From positions 1 to 32,393 of IMG/VR virus record IMGVR_UViG_3300036713_000034: 32,393 bases of DNA, one strand, 5' to 3'. A program made the position numbers and the translations under genes. The notes beneath the pieces were generated by a model. It saw only the letters and a list, made by a program, of their open reading frames with translations, was not told the DNA's origin and did not search any database. Positions 24,257 through 32,393 of the stretch are shown here, piece by piece (the first letter of the stretch is position 1; each line of letters starts with the position of its first letter). Source of the stretch: a virus. Lineage: Duplodnaviria > Caudoviricetes.

Positions 24257-25315
24257 TCACCAGAACTTCCACCAAGGCTCTTCAGCACCCAATATAGTTC
24301 CTAAACCACCCAGCAAACCACCGTACACGTTACCGTACAAACTAGCAAGTCCTGTTTTTTGGCCCATTTCAGCACTTAGTTTAGCCATTGCCGCTTCTAG
24401 CTCGTATTCGCCCATTTGTCTACGTGCAACGTCAGCCATAGACGCAACGTTGAGAGCAGGAGAGAACGCAGAGAGCATAGCCGCCTGTGGTATGTAAGCG
24501 CCCTGAAGCGCACTCAAGCCAAGCCCTTGCTGTGCCTCTTCTAACCCAAGACTTCCTGCCAGCAAGCCCATACCACCTGTCATAGCTTGTTGAGCCATAA
24601 GTTGTTGTGCGGCTTCCAGAGCCTGTCGTTGAGTAGCAATGTTAGAGCCTAGTTGACCGTAAGTAGAACCTATGTCAGCTTGTTGTAGTTGCTCTTTTTG
24701 TGCTTGAGTTATTGCCATAAGAGCCGCTTGGTTCTGTGCTTCTTCTTGTGCCTTAGACAACGCTAGTTGCTCTGGCGTACCACCGTACATAGCTGTCCGT
24801 ACACCGCCTCTTCCTTGAGCAAACAAACGTTCTTCTAATTCAAGTCTCTTTCTTTCTTCTTCACCAAGCTGTGTAGCCCTAATTCTGTCGTACACTTCTT
24901 GTTCTCTAGCACCCATAGGCATACCAGCTTGACCCATGAATTGCCCACCTAAGCCAAACGCCTGTTGTGCCGCCTGTTGTTGACCAGCGAGGCCAAACGG
25001 AGATACGCCTAACTGCTGTTGACCTATGCCCAACAACTGTTGACCGGCAGTTCCCAGTTGTCCAGCGCCAACAGGAGTAGCACCAAACCTAGAGAGTGCC
25101 TGAGTTTCCAGTGCGCTCTGTAAGGCCGCAGAAGTAGGATCTAATGTGTACTGAGTTCCTCCTGCTCGAGTAGCTTGTATTCTACCTGTAGGACCGCTAA
25201 CCGTAAACGGTTTAAACGCAATGTCAGGGGTAGGTAATGCAGGAATATCTTCTTTAAAGATACTCTCAATAGTACTGGGAACAAGCCCTTCAACAATATC
25301 GCTTAAAAAGCCCAT
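24257..25315 (-). CDS. internal virion / DNA pilot-like protein
   Basis: Gln/Gly/Ala/Leu-rich; Gly-rich hydrophobic C-terminus. Confidence 0.65.
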   Translation of the reverse strand: MGFLSDIVEGLVPSTIESIFKEDIPALPTPDIAFKPFTVSGPTGRIQATRAGGTQYTLDPTSAALQSALETQALSRFGATPVGAGQLGTAGQQLLGIGQQQLGVSPFGLAGQQQAAQQAFGLGGQFMGQAGMPMGAREQEVYDRIRATQLGEEERKRLELEERLFAQGRGGVRTAMYGGTPEQLALSKAQEEAQNQAALMAITQAQKEQLQQADIGSTYGQLGSNIATQRQALEAAQQLMAQQAMTGGMGLLAGSLGLEEAQQGLGLSALQGAYIPQAAMLSAFSPALNVASMADVARRQMGEYELEAAMAKLSAEMGQKTGLASLYGNVYGGLLGGLGTILGAEEPWWKFW

Positions 25316-25346
25316 TAGTAAGTACCTCTGTTGTTATTATAATTCA

Positions 25347-26870
25347 TCATAGCGTTTTACCTATCAGTGCTAGTACATTCATTTCCTGTATGGACAGTGC
25401 GTATCCGTTAATGTCTGTTTCAAGACCTACGCTGATTACTGAGCCGTAACCTGTTGTGTTAATAGAAGAACGACTAATAATTGTGCCTTCTTCTGAAAAC
25501 TCTGCTACGTTGTACTCAGACTGTCCGTAGAATCCGGGTGTAGCACTGCTGGTTCTAAACGTGCTAGTGCTGGTTGCTGTTGAAAAGTCGTAAGACCACT
25601 TGAGAAATATGTCTGCGTTGTTACCACCAATAATCGTAGGTCTAATCTTTTTCAGCATCTTAATCTTAGATGGATCACCAAAGCTCAAGCCGGGACTGTA
25701 GTAACGAAAACGATAGACACTACCGTTATCAAAGTAGTTATCGTAAGTTCCAATACCCGCCGTTGTGCCTATGTATATGTCACCGTTTCTGTCCCTGTGG
25801 AAACATTTGAAGTCCACACTAGGCCATCGTGTTACCCTGTACGCACCGTTCTCCAGTGTGCCTCGTACATCAAAGCAATACACGAGGTTGAGATCAGGAA
25901 AGCACAGAAGATAGAAGTAGTTCTCAGGACTGTACACTGTACTAACTGGTTCTGTTTTACCCAGTGTGTTAGCAATTAGTTCCTGTTTGATGTTTCTACT
26001 CAAGTCGGTAATAGGCAAAGACTTCTCTTGTATAGATCGCCCTAAACTCCTAAGACCTGTAGGTGAAAGAAACAATAAATCTGTTCCTATACTCTGTACA
26101 CTCTTTCTGTCTACACAGCCAACACCGGGAATGGTGTCTTGTATAGCCATATTTGCTGGACTCTCTGCACCACCGTACACCAGCGTATTGTTTTCACCAA
26201 AGACCACTAGCAGTCCGTTGTGTGCCGCTATAGCTACAACCTTGTCAAACCCGTTAGGCCACGCCTTAGATACATCAATAGATCCGCTAGATCCACCAGA
26301 GAAATCGTGTCCTATTAACAAGTCAGACCAATAGATCGTGTTGTCATTAGTAGCGTTACCTACGCACCACACTCGTCCGTAAGCACCTATAGCTTCGTTA
26401 GCGTACTGTGCAGAAGTTACAGACGCACCAGCAACACTAGACATCTTAGTAACTGCACCTAGACTGTTGCTGTACACGAGGGGCTCGTAGCCACGTTGGA
26501 AGAAGTAAGCGTGATCGTTAAAGTTAAATATCTTCCAATCGTTATCTGTAATCGTGTACGACCCCGGAGTTGCGTCAACCAGTGTAGTCGTACCTGTCAT
26601 TATCTTGTTGTTGCCAGTACTAAAGATTACCTCGTTACCAGCGTTGTCGTAAAACTCGTGGATGTTAGAGAGGTAGTCAGTACCTAGTACAGTCTTGTCT
26701 GTAGTTACAACAGCGTTGCCCTTACGTGAAGCTAATCGTCCTCGTCTGTCAATAATAGCGTTATCCGCAATCTCCGCAAAAGACGTATCCTGTGCAAGCG
26801 GAGAATCCTCTGTGTTGATCCCTTTAAACGCAGGAGCAACTAAGTTAATGCTTTGTAGTGGCTGGGCCAT
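25347..26870 (-). CDS. tail tube B / nozzle (P22 gp10/T7 gp12-like)
   Basis: ~500-aa beta-propeller pattern ('GINT.DSP', 'IYWSD', 'GVGC...SVQ..G.DLLFLS..GLRS'); follows the adaptor gene. Confidence 0.8.
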   Translation of the reverse strand: MAQPLQSINLVAPAFKGINTEDSPLAQDTSFAEIADNAIIDRRGRLASRKGNAVVTTDKTVLGTDYLSNIHEFYDNAGNEVIFSTGNNKIMTGTTTLVDATPGSYTITDNDWKIFNFNDHAYFFQRGYEPLVYSNSLGAVTKMSSVAGASVTSAQYANEAIGAYGRVWCVGNATNDNTIYWSDLLIGHDFSGGSSGSIDVSKAWPNGFDKVVAIAAHNGLLVVFGENNTLVYGGAESPANMAIQDTIPGVGCVDRKSVQSIGTDLLFLSPTGLRSLGRSIQEKSLPITDLSRNIKQELIANTLGKTEPVSTVYSPENYFYLLCFPDLNLVYCFDVRGTLENGAYRVTRWPSVDFKCFHRDRNGDIYIGTTAGIGTYDNYFDNGSVYRFRYYSPGLSFGDPSKIKMLKKIRPTIIGGNNADIFLKWSYDFSTATSTSTFRTSSATPGFYGQSEYNVAEFSEEGTIISRSSINTTGYGSVISVGLETDINGYALSIQEMNVLALIGKTL

Positions 26871-26881
26871 CTAGCGTCTCC

Positions 26882-27529
26882 CTACGGTGTGTACCAAATA
26901 GTTTCTTCAGGGTGCTTCTGTGCGTCCAGAGCGATAGCGTCAGACAAGTACTTGTCAGCAATAGCAAAGTACTCTGGTGTTGACGTACCGCCTGTCTCCC
27001 CACGTTCACGAGCCAACAGAGCTACCGCCATGTGAATTACAGGCTGACTAGGAATAGCCAGTGTGTCAGAGTCAGAACTCAAGGCTACGTTCCTGATGAC
27101 GCTTTTGACTTTAATAGAGTAAACACCGTCAGGCTTAGGGTACACATCAATCTGTGCGTCACCAGAGCCGTCGATGCCACTAAACGTGTAGTACTCTGGC
27201 TTACCAGATGTCGGTGTGTTTACCAAGAACTTATCGTCAAACCAAGTCTGTGGTCTGTACTCCATCACAATGTTAGACGTATCGTTGATAATGTTTAGGA
27301 TCTTACCTTGGTCTTGGTATCCCGTGAGTGAGTACGTGTAGTCGTCAGCCGCCGTGGTGATCGTAAGGGTAGACCTAAGATTAGACCAATCCCAAGCGTT
27401 TTCCACGAGTTGCTTTGCGTCGTTAATAAAGTCACCAACCATAGCACTGTACGTGTTGGCGCTCACTGTCGTTACTGTGTCTTCTCGTAAACGCCTCAGT
27501 ACGTTGTTTACTATGTCTAAATAGGTCAT
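26882..27529 (-). CDS. tail tube A / head-tail adaptor
   Basis: 'MTYLDIVNNVLRRLRE...FINDAK..VE.AWDW', 'VYPKPDGVY'. Confidence 0.8.
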   Translation of the reverse strand: MTYLDIVNNVLRRLREDTVTTVSANTYSAMVGDFINDAKQLVENAWDWSNLRSTLTITTAADDYTYSLTGYQDQGKILNIINDTSNIVMEYRPQTWFDDKFLVNTPTSGKPEYYTFSGIDGSGDAQIDVYPKPDGVYSIKVKSVIRNVALSSDSDTLAIPSQPVIHMAVALLARERGETGGTSTPEYFAIADKYLSDAIALDAQKHPEETIWYTP

Positions 27530-30294
27530 ACTAAGCCCTCAAACAAACTAGTTATGCTAGTATTTTGGTTATCTATCCCTTCTACGTATTGTTGTAAAAA
27601 GTTTTGAATTGGAAACTGCATTTTAGTCAAAAGCTGTGGATCGCCTTGTAACTCAAAACCAGCATCTACGGAAAACATACCGCCACCGGCACCGCCAGTT
27701 CCACCACTACCGCCACTAGGAGGTTCTGGAGGGGGAGCTGTACCACACTCTTCTGGGTTAGCCGCCGCGTACTCAGCGCAAGTACAATCGTTACACTCTG
27801 GATCTGTTCCACAGATAGTAGGATTAGCTTTTGCATACTCAGCGCAAGTACAATCGTTACACTCTGGATCCATTCCACAGATAGTAGGATTAGCTTCTGC
27901 ATACTCAGCACAAGTACAATCGTTACACTCTGGATCTGTTCCACAGATAGTAGGATTAGCTTCTGCATAGGCTGAATCTAAACAAGGGTCAACTGTAGTT
28001 GGACACTGTTGATCTTTAGGAATGTAAGAACCGTTGCACTCTTTGTAACCACATTCGTCTGCATTAGTAGCATCTATTGTTGAACAAGGATCAACTGTAG
28101 TTGGACACTCTTGTTCTTTAGGAATGTAAAAACCATTGCACTCTTGGTAACCACATTCGTCTGCATTAGTAGCATCTATTGTTTCACAGTTGTCGTCTAT
28201 TGAACAATCTTCATTAGTAGATCCGTTTATACAATCTCCACACTCACTAGGTTTATTTTGTTCGGGAACAGCGACAACGTGGTATCTGCCTAGAGCTTTA
28301 CACTCTTCAGGAGTAGGTCCGGGGTTTACAAAGTCAGCGACACAATCACAGTTGTCTGCGTATTTACCGGGAGCACCGTCTTTTGTTGTACAAGGGGTGT
28401 TTGGAGTACAATCAAGGGGTTCTACACACTCTCCTGTTATGTCATCTTTTACAAGTCCTCTAGATTGACAGTTGTCTAATGAAGGAATACACGGGCCTGT
28501 TGGATTATTAGCATCTGGGTCAAAGCCCTCTTCGCATTGACCGCACGAACTCTTAGTTCCAGCCGCAGTACTAGGAATATACTCTCTGTTTAAGGCGATA
28601 CAATCGTCCTCAGTGTCTCCGGTATCTTTCCATTCGACACACTGCCCGTCTATTTCTTGGTGAGTACTCAAGCACGGACCACAGCCTGTTACTTTGTCGC
28701 CTTGTTTTGTTCCCCTGTCTCCTTGTCTACCTTCTGATGCACAATCAACTGTAAAGTCATCAACAACAGCTTTATCTCTACACCGATCATCAGTTCCTAT
28801 TTCTTGTGTTTTGTTTAAACACCCTCCACATTCTTCTATACTTTTTACTTCACCGCCTTCTCTACCGTAGTCTGAACAGTTAATTAAATTTGTCGGAGTA
28901 TCTAAAGGAAGTCCTGTTATTTCATTAATTTTGTCTATAACGTCGTTTTTCTTGCCTTCAATTTCTTGTAGGATAATACCGGATATGGTTGTGCCTAGTA
29001 CACCTGTAATCCAATCAGTAATCTGTCCCGGCGTTACGTCGTCTATACCGCCAAAAATGTCGTCTATTTTACCTAGTACCCAATCTTTAGCTCTCTGAAT
29101 AAATCCTTCGTCGTCTTCGTCACCTTGAGGAGCACTAAAGATGTCCGAAATAGTGCCACCTATTTCTTCTACTTTATTTTCTAAGTCTCTAACTGTGCCT
29201 ACATCTATGTTTCCGGGGGGCATAGGCAAACCGGGTATTCCACCAAGGACACTAGCACTTACACAGTCTTTCCAGCACTGGTTTCCTTCAGTGCCGTCGG
29301 TTCCCGCACAATCCCAAGGCTCTTCACCTTCACCTGTTAATTCACAGGTATAACCTCCGCTTCCAAAGACAGCTTCTAGGACATCATCAACTGTCATGTC
29401 CTTGACTTTGCCTATTTGACCTTCAATCCAATCTTTGATGGCTTGCGCTGTTTTTGTCTGATCTTCTGGAATTTGAGAGCCTGTGCCCTCCATATCAGGA
29501 CAGTCGTTTATAGTTTCTGCGAAAACACCACCACCACAACTGACGTAAGTGGGGTAGCTTTCTGGATCTTTGCTTAAATCTTTAGGTACAAGTTGACCGT
29601 CACTGCTTATTTCGTAACCACATTCATCAGCATTTTCTTGAGTAATGACTTTACAATCAGGACCAGCAGGAGTAGTAGATACGCACTCCCCTCCTTGTAT
29701 TGTGCCGTCTAAAGGACCGTTAGTAACTGTAGCGCACTTGTCTCCCTCTTTAAGTCCTGAATTACCTACTGGACTTACCTCCCAATTATCGGCGTCATAG
29801 CCAATGTCTCTTAAAATAGTCGCAAGTACGTTGTTTCCTTTAAAATTTTCATTGTCAACTGTAGCCCTAGCTATTTCGTTTATTGCTTCGTCAGAATAAC
29901 CAGCGCCTTTTAGTATTTTGTATATTGACGCATTGTCAGTAGGAGCCTGTACAATAACAATGTCGTTGTAGTAGTCTTCAAAACCTTCTACGTCCATTAG
30001 ACCACTAACGTCTACTTCTTGCATGTCCTTTAGCGTAGCGTCACCAGAACCGTACTTAACCAGAGCCTCTAGCCAATCTGCCGCCGCTTGACCCTTGCCT
30101 TCCAGTTTGTCACCAAATTTACTAATGAAGTCTCTGAATAGCTGAGTTTCAGCAATCTCATCACGGATGAGGTCAGAAGGTATAGTACCGTAGTCAACAT
30201 CTCCGGGCAAACCTACTCCGGGTTCTACAGTAACTGTAACGCCTCCTGTAGTGCTGGTATTATCGCCGCCTGTTCTAAACATTCCGTTAGCCAT
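27526..30294 (-). CDS. 922-aa acidic cysteine-rich modular protein, probably structural
   Basis: ~54 Cys by hand count, mostly in 4-Cys modules; ATGA-coupled to the adaptor gene; no signal peptide. Confidence 0.8.
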   Translation of the reverse strand: MANGMFRTGGDNTSTTGGVTVTVEPGVGLPGDVDYGTIPSDLIRDEIAETQLFRDFISKFGDKLEGKGQAAADWLEALVKYGSGDATLKDMQEVDVSGLMDVEGFEDYYNDIVIVQAPTDNASIYKILKGAGYSDEAINEIARATVDNENFKGNNVLATILRDIGYDADNWEVSPVGNSGLKEGDKCATVTNGPLDGTIQGGECVSTTPAGPDCKVITQENADECGYEISSDGQLVPKDLSKDPESYPTYVSCGGGVFAETINDCPDMEGTGSQIPEDQTKTAQAIKDWIEGQIGKVKDMTVDDVLEAVFGSGGYTCELTGEGEEPWDCAGTDGTEGNQCWKDCVSASVLGGIPGLPMPPGNIDVGTVRDLENKVEEIGGTISDIFSAPQGDEDDEGFIQRAKDWVLGKIDDIFGGIDDVTPGQITDWITGVLGTTISGIILQEIEGKKNDVIDKINEITGLPLDTPTNLINCSDYGREGGEVKSIEECGGCLNKTQEIGTDDRCRDKAVVDDFTVDCASEGRQGDRGTKQGDKVTGCGPCLSTHQEIDGQCVEWKDTGDTEDDCIALNREYIPSTAAGTKSSCGQCEEGFDPDANNPTGPCIPSLDNCQSRGLVKDDITGECVEPLDCTPNTPCTTKDGAPGKYADNCDCVADFVNPGPTPEECKALGRYHVVAVPEQNKPSECGDCINGSTNEDCSIDDNCETIDATNADECGYQECNGFYIPKEQECPTTVDPCSTIDATNADECGYKECNGSYIPKDQQCPTTVDPCLDSAYAEANPTICGTDPECNDCTCAEYAEANPTICGMDPECNDCTCAEYAKANPTICGTDPECNDCTCAEYAAANPEECGTAPPPEPPSGGSGGTGGAGGGMFSVDAGFELQGDPQLLTKMQFPIQNFLQQYVEGIDNQNTSITSLFEGLV
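27770..27967. repeat. 3 x 66-bp tandem repeat (22-aa CGTDPECNDCTCAEYAEANPTI unit)
   Basis: Units start at 27770, 27836 and 27902; near-identical. Confidence 0.95.
27981..28184. repeat. 2 x 102-bp tandem repeat (34-aa TIDATNADECGYxECNG.YIPK.Q.CPTTVDPC unit)
   Basis: Units start at 27981 and 28083. Confidence 0.95.
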
Positions 30295-30297
30295 GCG

Positions 30298-30672
30298 TTA
30301 CTTACCCTTCATCTGCATCAGCTTGTCAGCACCACGTATGCCAAAGCTAGCCGTGACTGCTACGTAAAGCAAGTACTGGTAGTAATCAGGTAGCTTGTCT
30401 AGCTCAACAAAAGCTAACCCTACCCTCTGCATAATACTCAAGTCATCCATAGCAACTCCGTAACATACGGCTAACAAAGGCAACGACAGCACCACAGTGA
30501 ACCACTCGTCTTTCCACGAGGTTGCACTAGCCGCCGCCATCTCTTGTTCCCACGTAGCTGTGTTCTTGATGACTTCCATCTTAGCTACGTGTTTAGCTTG
30601 TGACTGCTCGTGCTTGTTGTTAATCCAAGTCTTAGCGAGTCCAGCGATAGGTCCGATCAGTGCAGTCCACAT
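30298..30672 (-). CDS. holin-like membrane protein (GTA-type 3-TM holin pattern)
   Basis: 'SWKDEWFT', two clear TM segments plus amphipathic N-terminus, 'ASFGIRG' end. Confidence 0.7.
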   Translation of the reverse strand: MWTALIGPIAGLAKTWINNKHEQSQAKHVAKMEVIKNTATWEQEMAAASATSWKDEWFTVVLSLPLLAVCYGVAMDDLSIMQRVGLAFVELDKLPDYYQYLLYVAVTASFGIRGADKLMQMKGK

Positions 30673-30675
30673 ACC

Positions 30676-30846
30676 TTAGTCTTTGTCCTTGTTCCTAAAT
30701 CCCTGTACTGTATCTGTTTCCCATATTCGTATGGCTACCCATATGATAGTGAACATGGCAGATATAGGCGGCAGGATTGCACTGATAGTGCCTAACATAG
30801 TACCTACGCTCATTACATCAACAATTTGCTTTGCGGACTCATCCAT
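30676..30846 (-). CDS. 56-aa small membrane protein, holin-like (MDESAKQIVDVMSVGTMLG...IRIWETDTV...)
   Basis: Hand-translated and absent from the ORF track; hydrophobic core; tiles between neighbours. Confidence 0.7.
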   Translation of the reverse strand: MDESAKQIVDVMSVGTMLGTISAILPPISAMFTIIWVAIRIWETDTVQGFRNKDKD

Positions 30847-31315
30847 TACTAACCCCTTGTATAACGCTTATGGTTGTCCAGATAATCCCAGCAGTGACCA
30901 TTAGGCTTATAATAATTGCTGATACATCTAGCATACGTCTTTGTTTTCTTCGTTGCTTGTAGATCACTTGTTCGCGTTTGGTTCTTATGTCACGACGCAT
31001 CTGCATCATTTCTCTGTACGTGTCTTCACCGTATGCGTACATGATCAACTCGCGTATTTGCTTTTCCTGCTCCTCTATTTTCTTCTTTGCTATGATGGCG
31101 TTTAACGCTTGTTCTTCTACAGAGCTGTTGTCAAACACCTTCTTAAATAGTGGAGGGTTTTCTATCTCCTTTTCAGCTTCTTTTAAATCACTTGCAAGTG
31201 TGTACCACTGACCTAACTTCTGAGCTACGTGTTCTATCTCTGCGCCTTTGGATACAAGAACCTGTACACCCTTGAACGCAGTAGACGCCATCGCTACCAG
31301 AGATACAGGATCCAC
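30839..31315 (-). CDS. coiled-coil protein with C-terminal TM anchor
   Basis: 'MDPVSLVAMASTAF', 'EEQAL...KKK.EEQE', basic stretch then TM. Confidence 0.75.
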   Translation of the reverse strand: MDPVSLVAMASTAFKGVQVLVSKGAEIEHVAQKLGQWYTLASDLKEAEKEIENPPLFKKVFDNSSVEEQALNAIIAKKKIEEQEKQIRELIMYAYGEDTYREMMQMRRDIRTKREQVIYKQRRKQRRMLDVSAIIISLMVTAGIIWTTISVIQGVSNG

Positions 31316-31318
31316 GGG

Positions 31319-31573
31319 TTACTCTGCGTTAGGGTCAACCCAATCAGGGTTTTGCGTCCATGTGGTCCCGTCAAATGTATATTTATTACCTGTCCAATCG
31401 CTAGGCGCGTTAGTGACGTTTTCTGTAATAGTCGCGTTACTGGAATTTAGATCTGCAACAATAAATTCAGGTGGATCACCCACGACAATGTGGTCAGAAT
31501 TGGCAGTGATCGTCACACTGTCATTGAGCAGGTATTTTGATAAGCCAGTTGCGGTTTCTACAATCGTTTTCAT
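31319..31573 (-). CDS. small tail-associated protein
   Basis: 'APSDWTGNKYTFDGTTW..NPDW' motif typical of proteins downstream of tail fibres. Confidence 0.65.
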   Translation of the reverse strand: MKTIVETATGLSKYLLNDSVTITANSDHIVVGDPPEFIVADLNSSNATITENVTNAPSDWTGNKYTFDGTTWTQNPDWVDPNAE

Positions 31574-31576
31574 GTT

Positions 31577-32393
31577 TTATCCCTTAACGATAAGTTGAGT
31601 TGATGATACAGCCGTTCCTGCAAACACTTCTGGACTGTCGGCAGTCAAGCCAAGTGAGCCGTCACCTTGCACGAAATACTTTTGCCCTGCAGTCAATCCG
31701 GTCTGCGCGTCATCTACAGACCCCACGATCTGAATTGTTGCTGTTGTTGCGTCAGAGTAGGCGGCATCAGAAATGCCAATGTAGTTTTCTGCGGTAAGGT
31801 TGGTACTTGTAGACTCAGCCGTAAGCACGACAGCCGTACCATAACCAGAGTTCCCATTATCCGTATAGGCTATTACTACCTTCTGGGCATTAGCATTATA
31901 GGTAGCTGAACTAGTAAGGCTATAAGCACTTTCAAAGACGACTGCTGTGCCGAAACTAATGGATGTACCACTAACAGTACCGACAATAGCCGTTCCATAA
32001 TCAGAGTTTCCACCATCCGTATAGGCTATTACTACTTTTTGAGCGTTAGCATCATAGGTAGCTGAAATGTCATAGGCAGTGGCACTTTCAAAGACAACTG
32101 CTGTACCAAAGCTAATTGATGTACCACTAACAGTACCAACAATAGCCGTACCATAAGCAAAGTTCCCACTATCCCGATAGGCTATTACTACCTTCTGGGC
32201 ATTGGGATCGTAGGTAGCTGAAATATAATAGGTAGTGGCACTTTCAAAGACAACTGCTGTACCAAAGCTAATTGATGTACCACTAACAGTACCGACAATA
32301 GCCGTTCCATAATCAGAGTTCCCACCATCCGAATAAGCTATTACTACTTTTTGAGCGTTAGTATCATAGGTAGCTGACATAAAATAGCTAAGA
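31577..32393 (-). CDS. tail/receptor-binding protein with 52-aa beta-propeller-like repeats (5' truncated)
   Basis: Frame open to the window edge; repeats of four beta strands; C-terminal 'GLTAGQKYFVQGDGSL...AGTAVSST.LIVKG' domain. Confidence 0.8.
   Translation of the reverse strand, partial: LSYFMSATYDTNAQKVVIAYSDGGNSDYGTAIVGTVSGTSISFGTAVVFESATTYYISATYDPNAQKVVIAYRDSGNFAYGTAIVGTVSGTSISFGTAVVFESATAYDISATYDANAQKVVIAYTDGGNSDYGTAIVGTVSGTSISFGTAVVFESAYSLTSSATYNANAQKVVIAYTDNGNSGYGTAVVLTAESTSTNLTAENYIGISDAAYSDATTATIQIVGSVDDAQTGLTAGQKYFVQGDGSLGLTADSPEVFAGTAVSSTQLIVKG
31830..32393. repeat. 156-bp tandem repeats (at least 3.5 units)
   Basis: GGTAGCTGA anchors at 31901, 32057, 32213 and 32369 (period 156). 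Confidence 0.95.

Noticed and set aside
27770-28184. Tandem repeats as a CRISPR array or DGR template/variable pair
   Set aside because: No spacers; units are in-frame coding repeats without an adenine-specific mismatch pattern
1123-31909. Numerous 60-146 aa alternative-frame and antisense ORFs in the ORF track (e.g. 2859-3248, 8459-8887, 12014-12454, 12238-12675, 18244-18621, 25966-26334)
   Set aside because: Shadows of long genes with no SD, coupling or recognisable motifs; only 1379-1570 and 6262-6426 had independent support
1-32393. Alternative genetic code, tRNA genes, integrase or phage RNA polymerase
   Set aside because: Genes tile densely under the standard code using all three stops; no cloverleaf, recombinase or RNAP motifs were seen in this window

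Overview
This window covers most of the genome of a lytic, podovirus-like dsDNA phage with no RNA polymerase gene in view. Its gene set (T7-like SSB, primase-helicase, compact family A polymerase, endonuclease I, class II B12-dependent RNR, glutaredoxin, P22/T7-type tail tube and ejection proteins) and two-arm layout resemble marine SIO1-like/cobavirus (Zobellviridae)-type phages; that taxonomy is an inference. The sequence appears circularly permuted. The late arm (minus strand) starts at ~6910 and runs terS - endolysin - Grx - terL - HNH - portal - small basic proteins off the left edge. It re-enters at the right edge with a propeller-repeat tail protein, holin-like genes, a 922-aa Cys-rich protein, and tail tube and ejection proteins down to ~20973. 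The early/replication arm (plus strand) runs 7545-20976. Scaffold and major capsid genes are not in the window. The ~770-bp non-coding gap (6773-7544) probably holds the genome ends. Most notable observations: (1) near-identical 156-bp tail repeats whose two loops vary almost only at codon positions 1-2, a targeted-diversification signature; (2) a pseudoknot/switch-like RNA leader ahead of terS; (3) a 107-bp periodic array of inverted TTGACA boxes and TGGTAATATT sites in the terminal region; (4) a ~54-Cys modular late protein alongside a late-operon glutaredoxin; (5) a secreted metzincin protease; (6) two overprinted genes and a cluster of basic microproteins. All family calls come from motif recognition by eye; no database searches were run.
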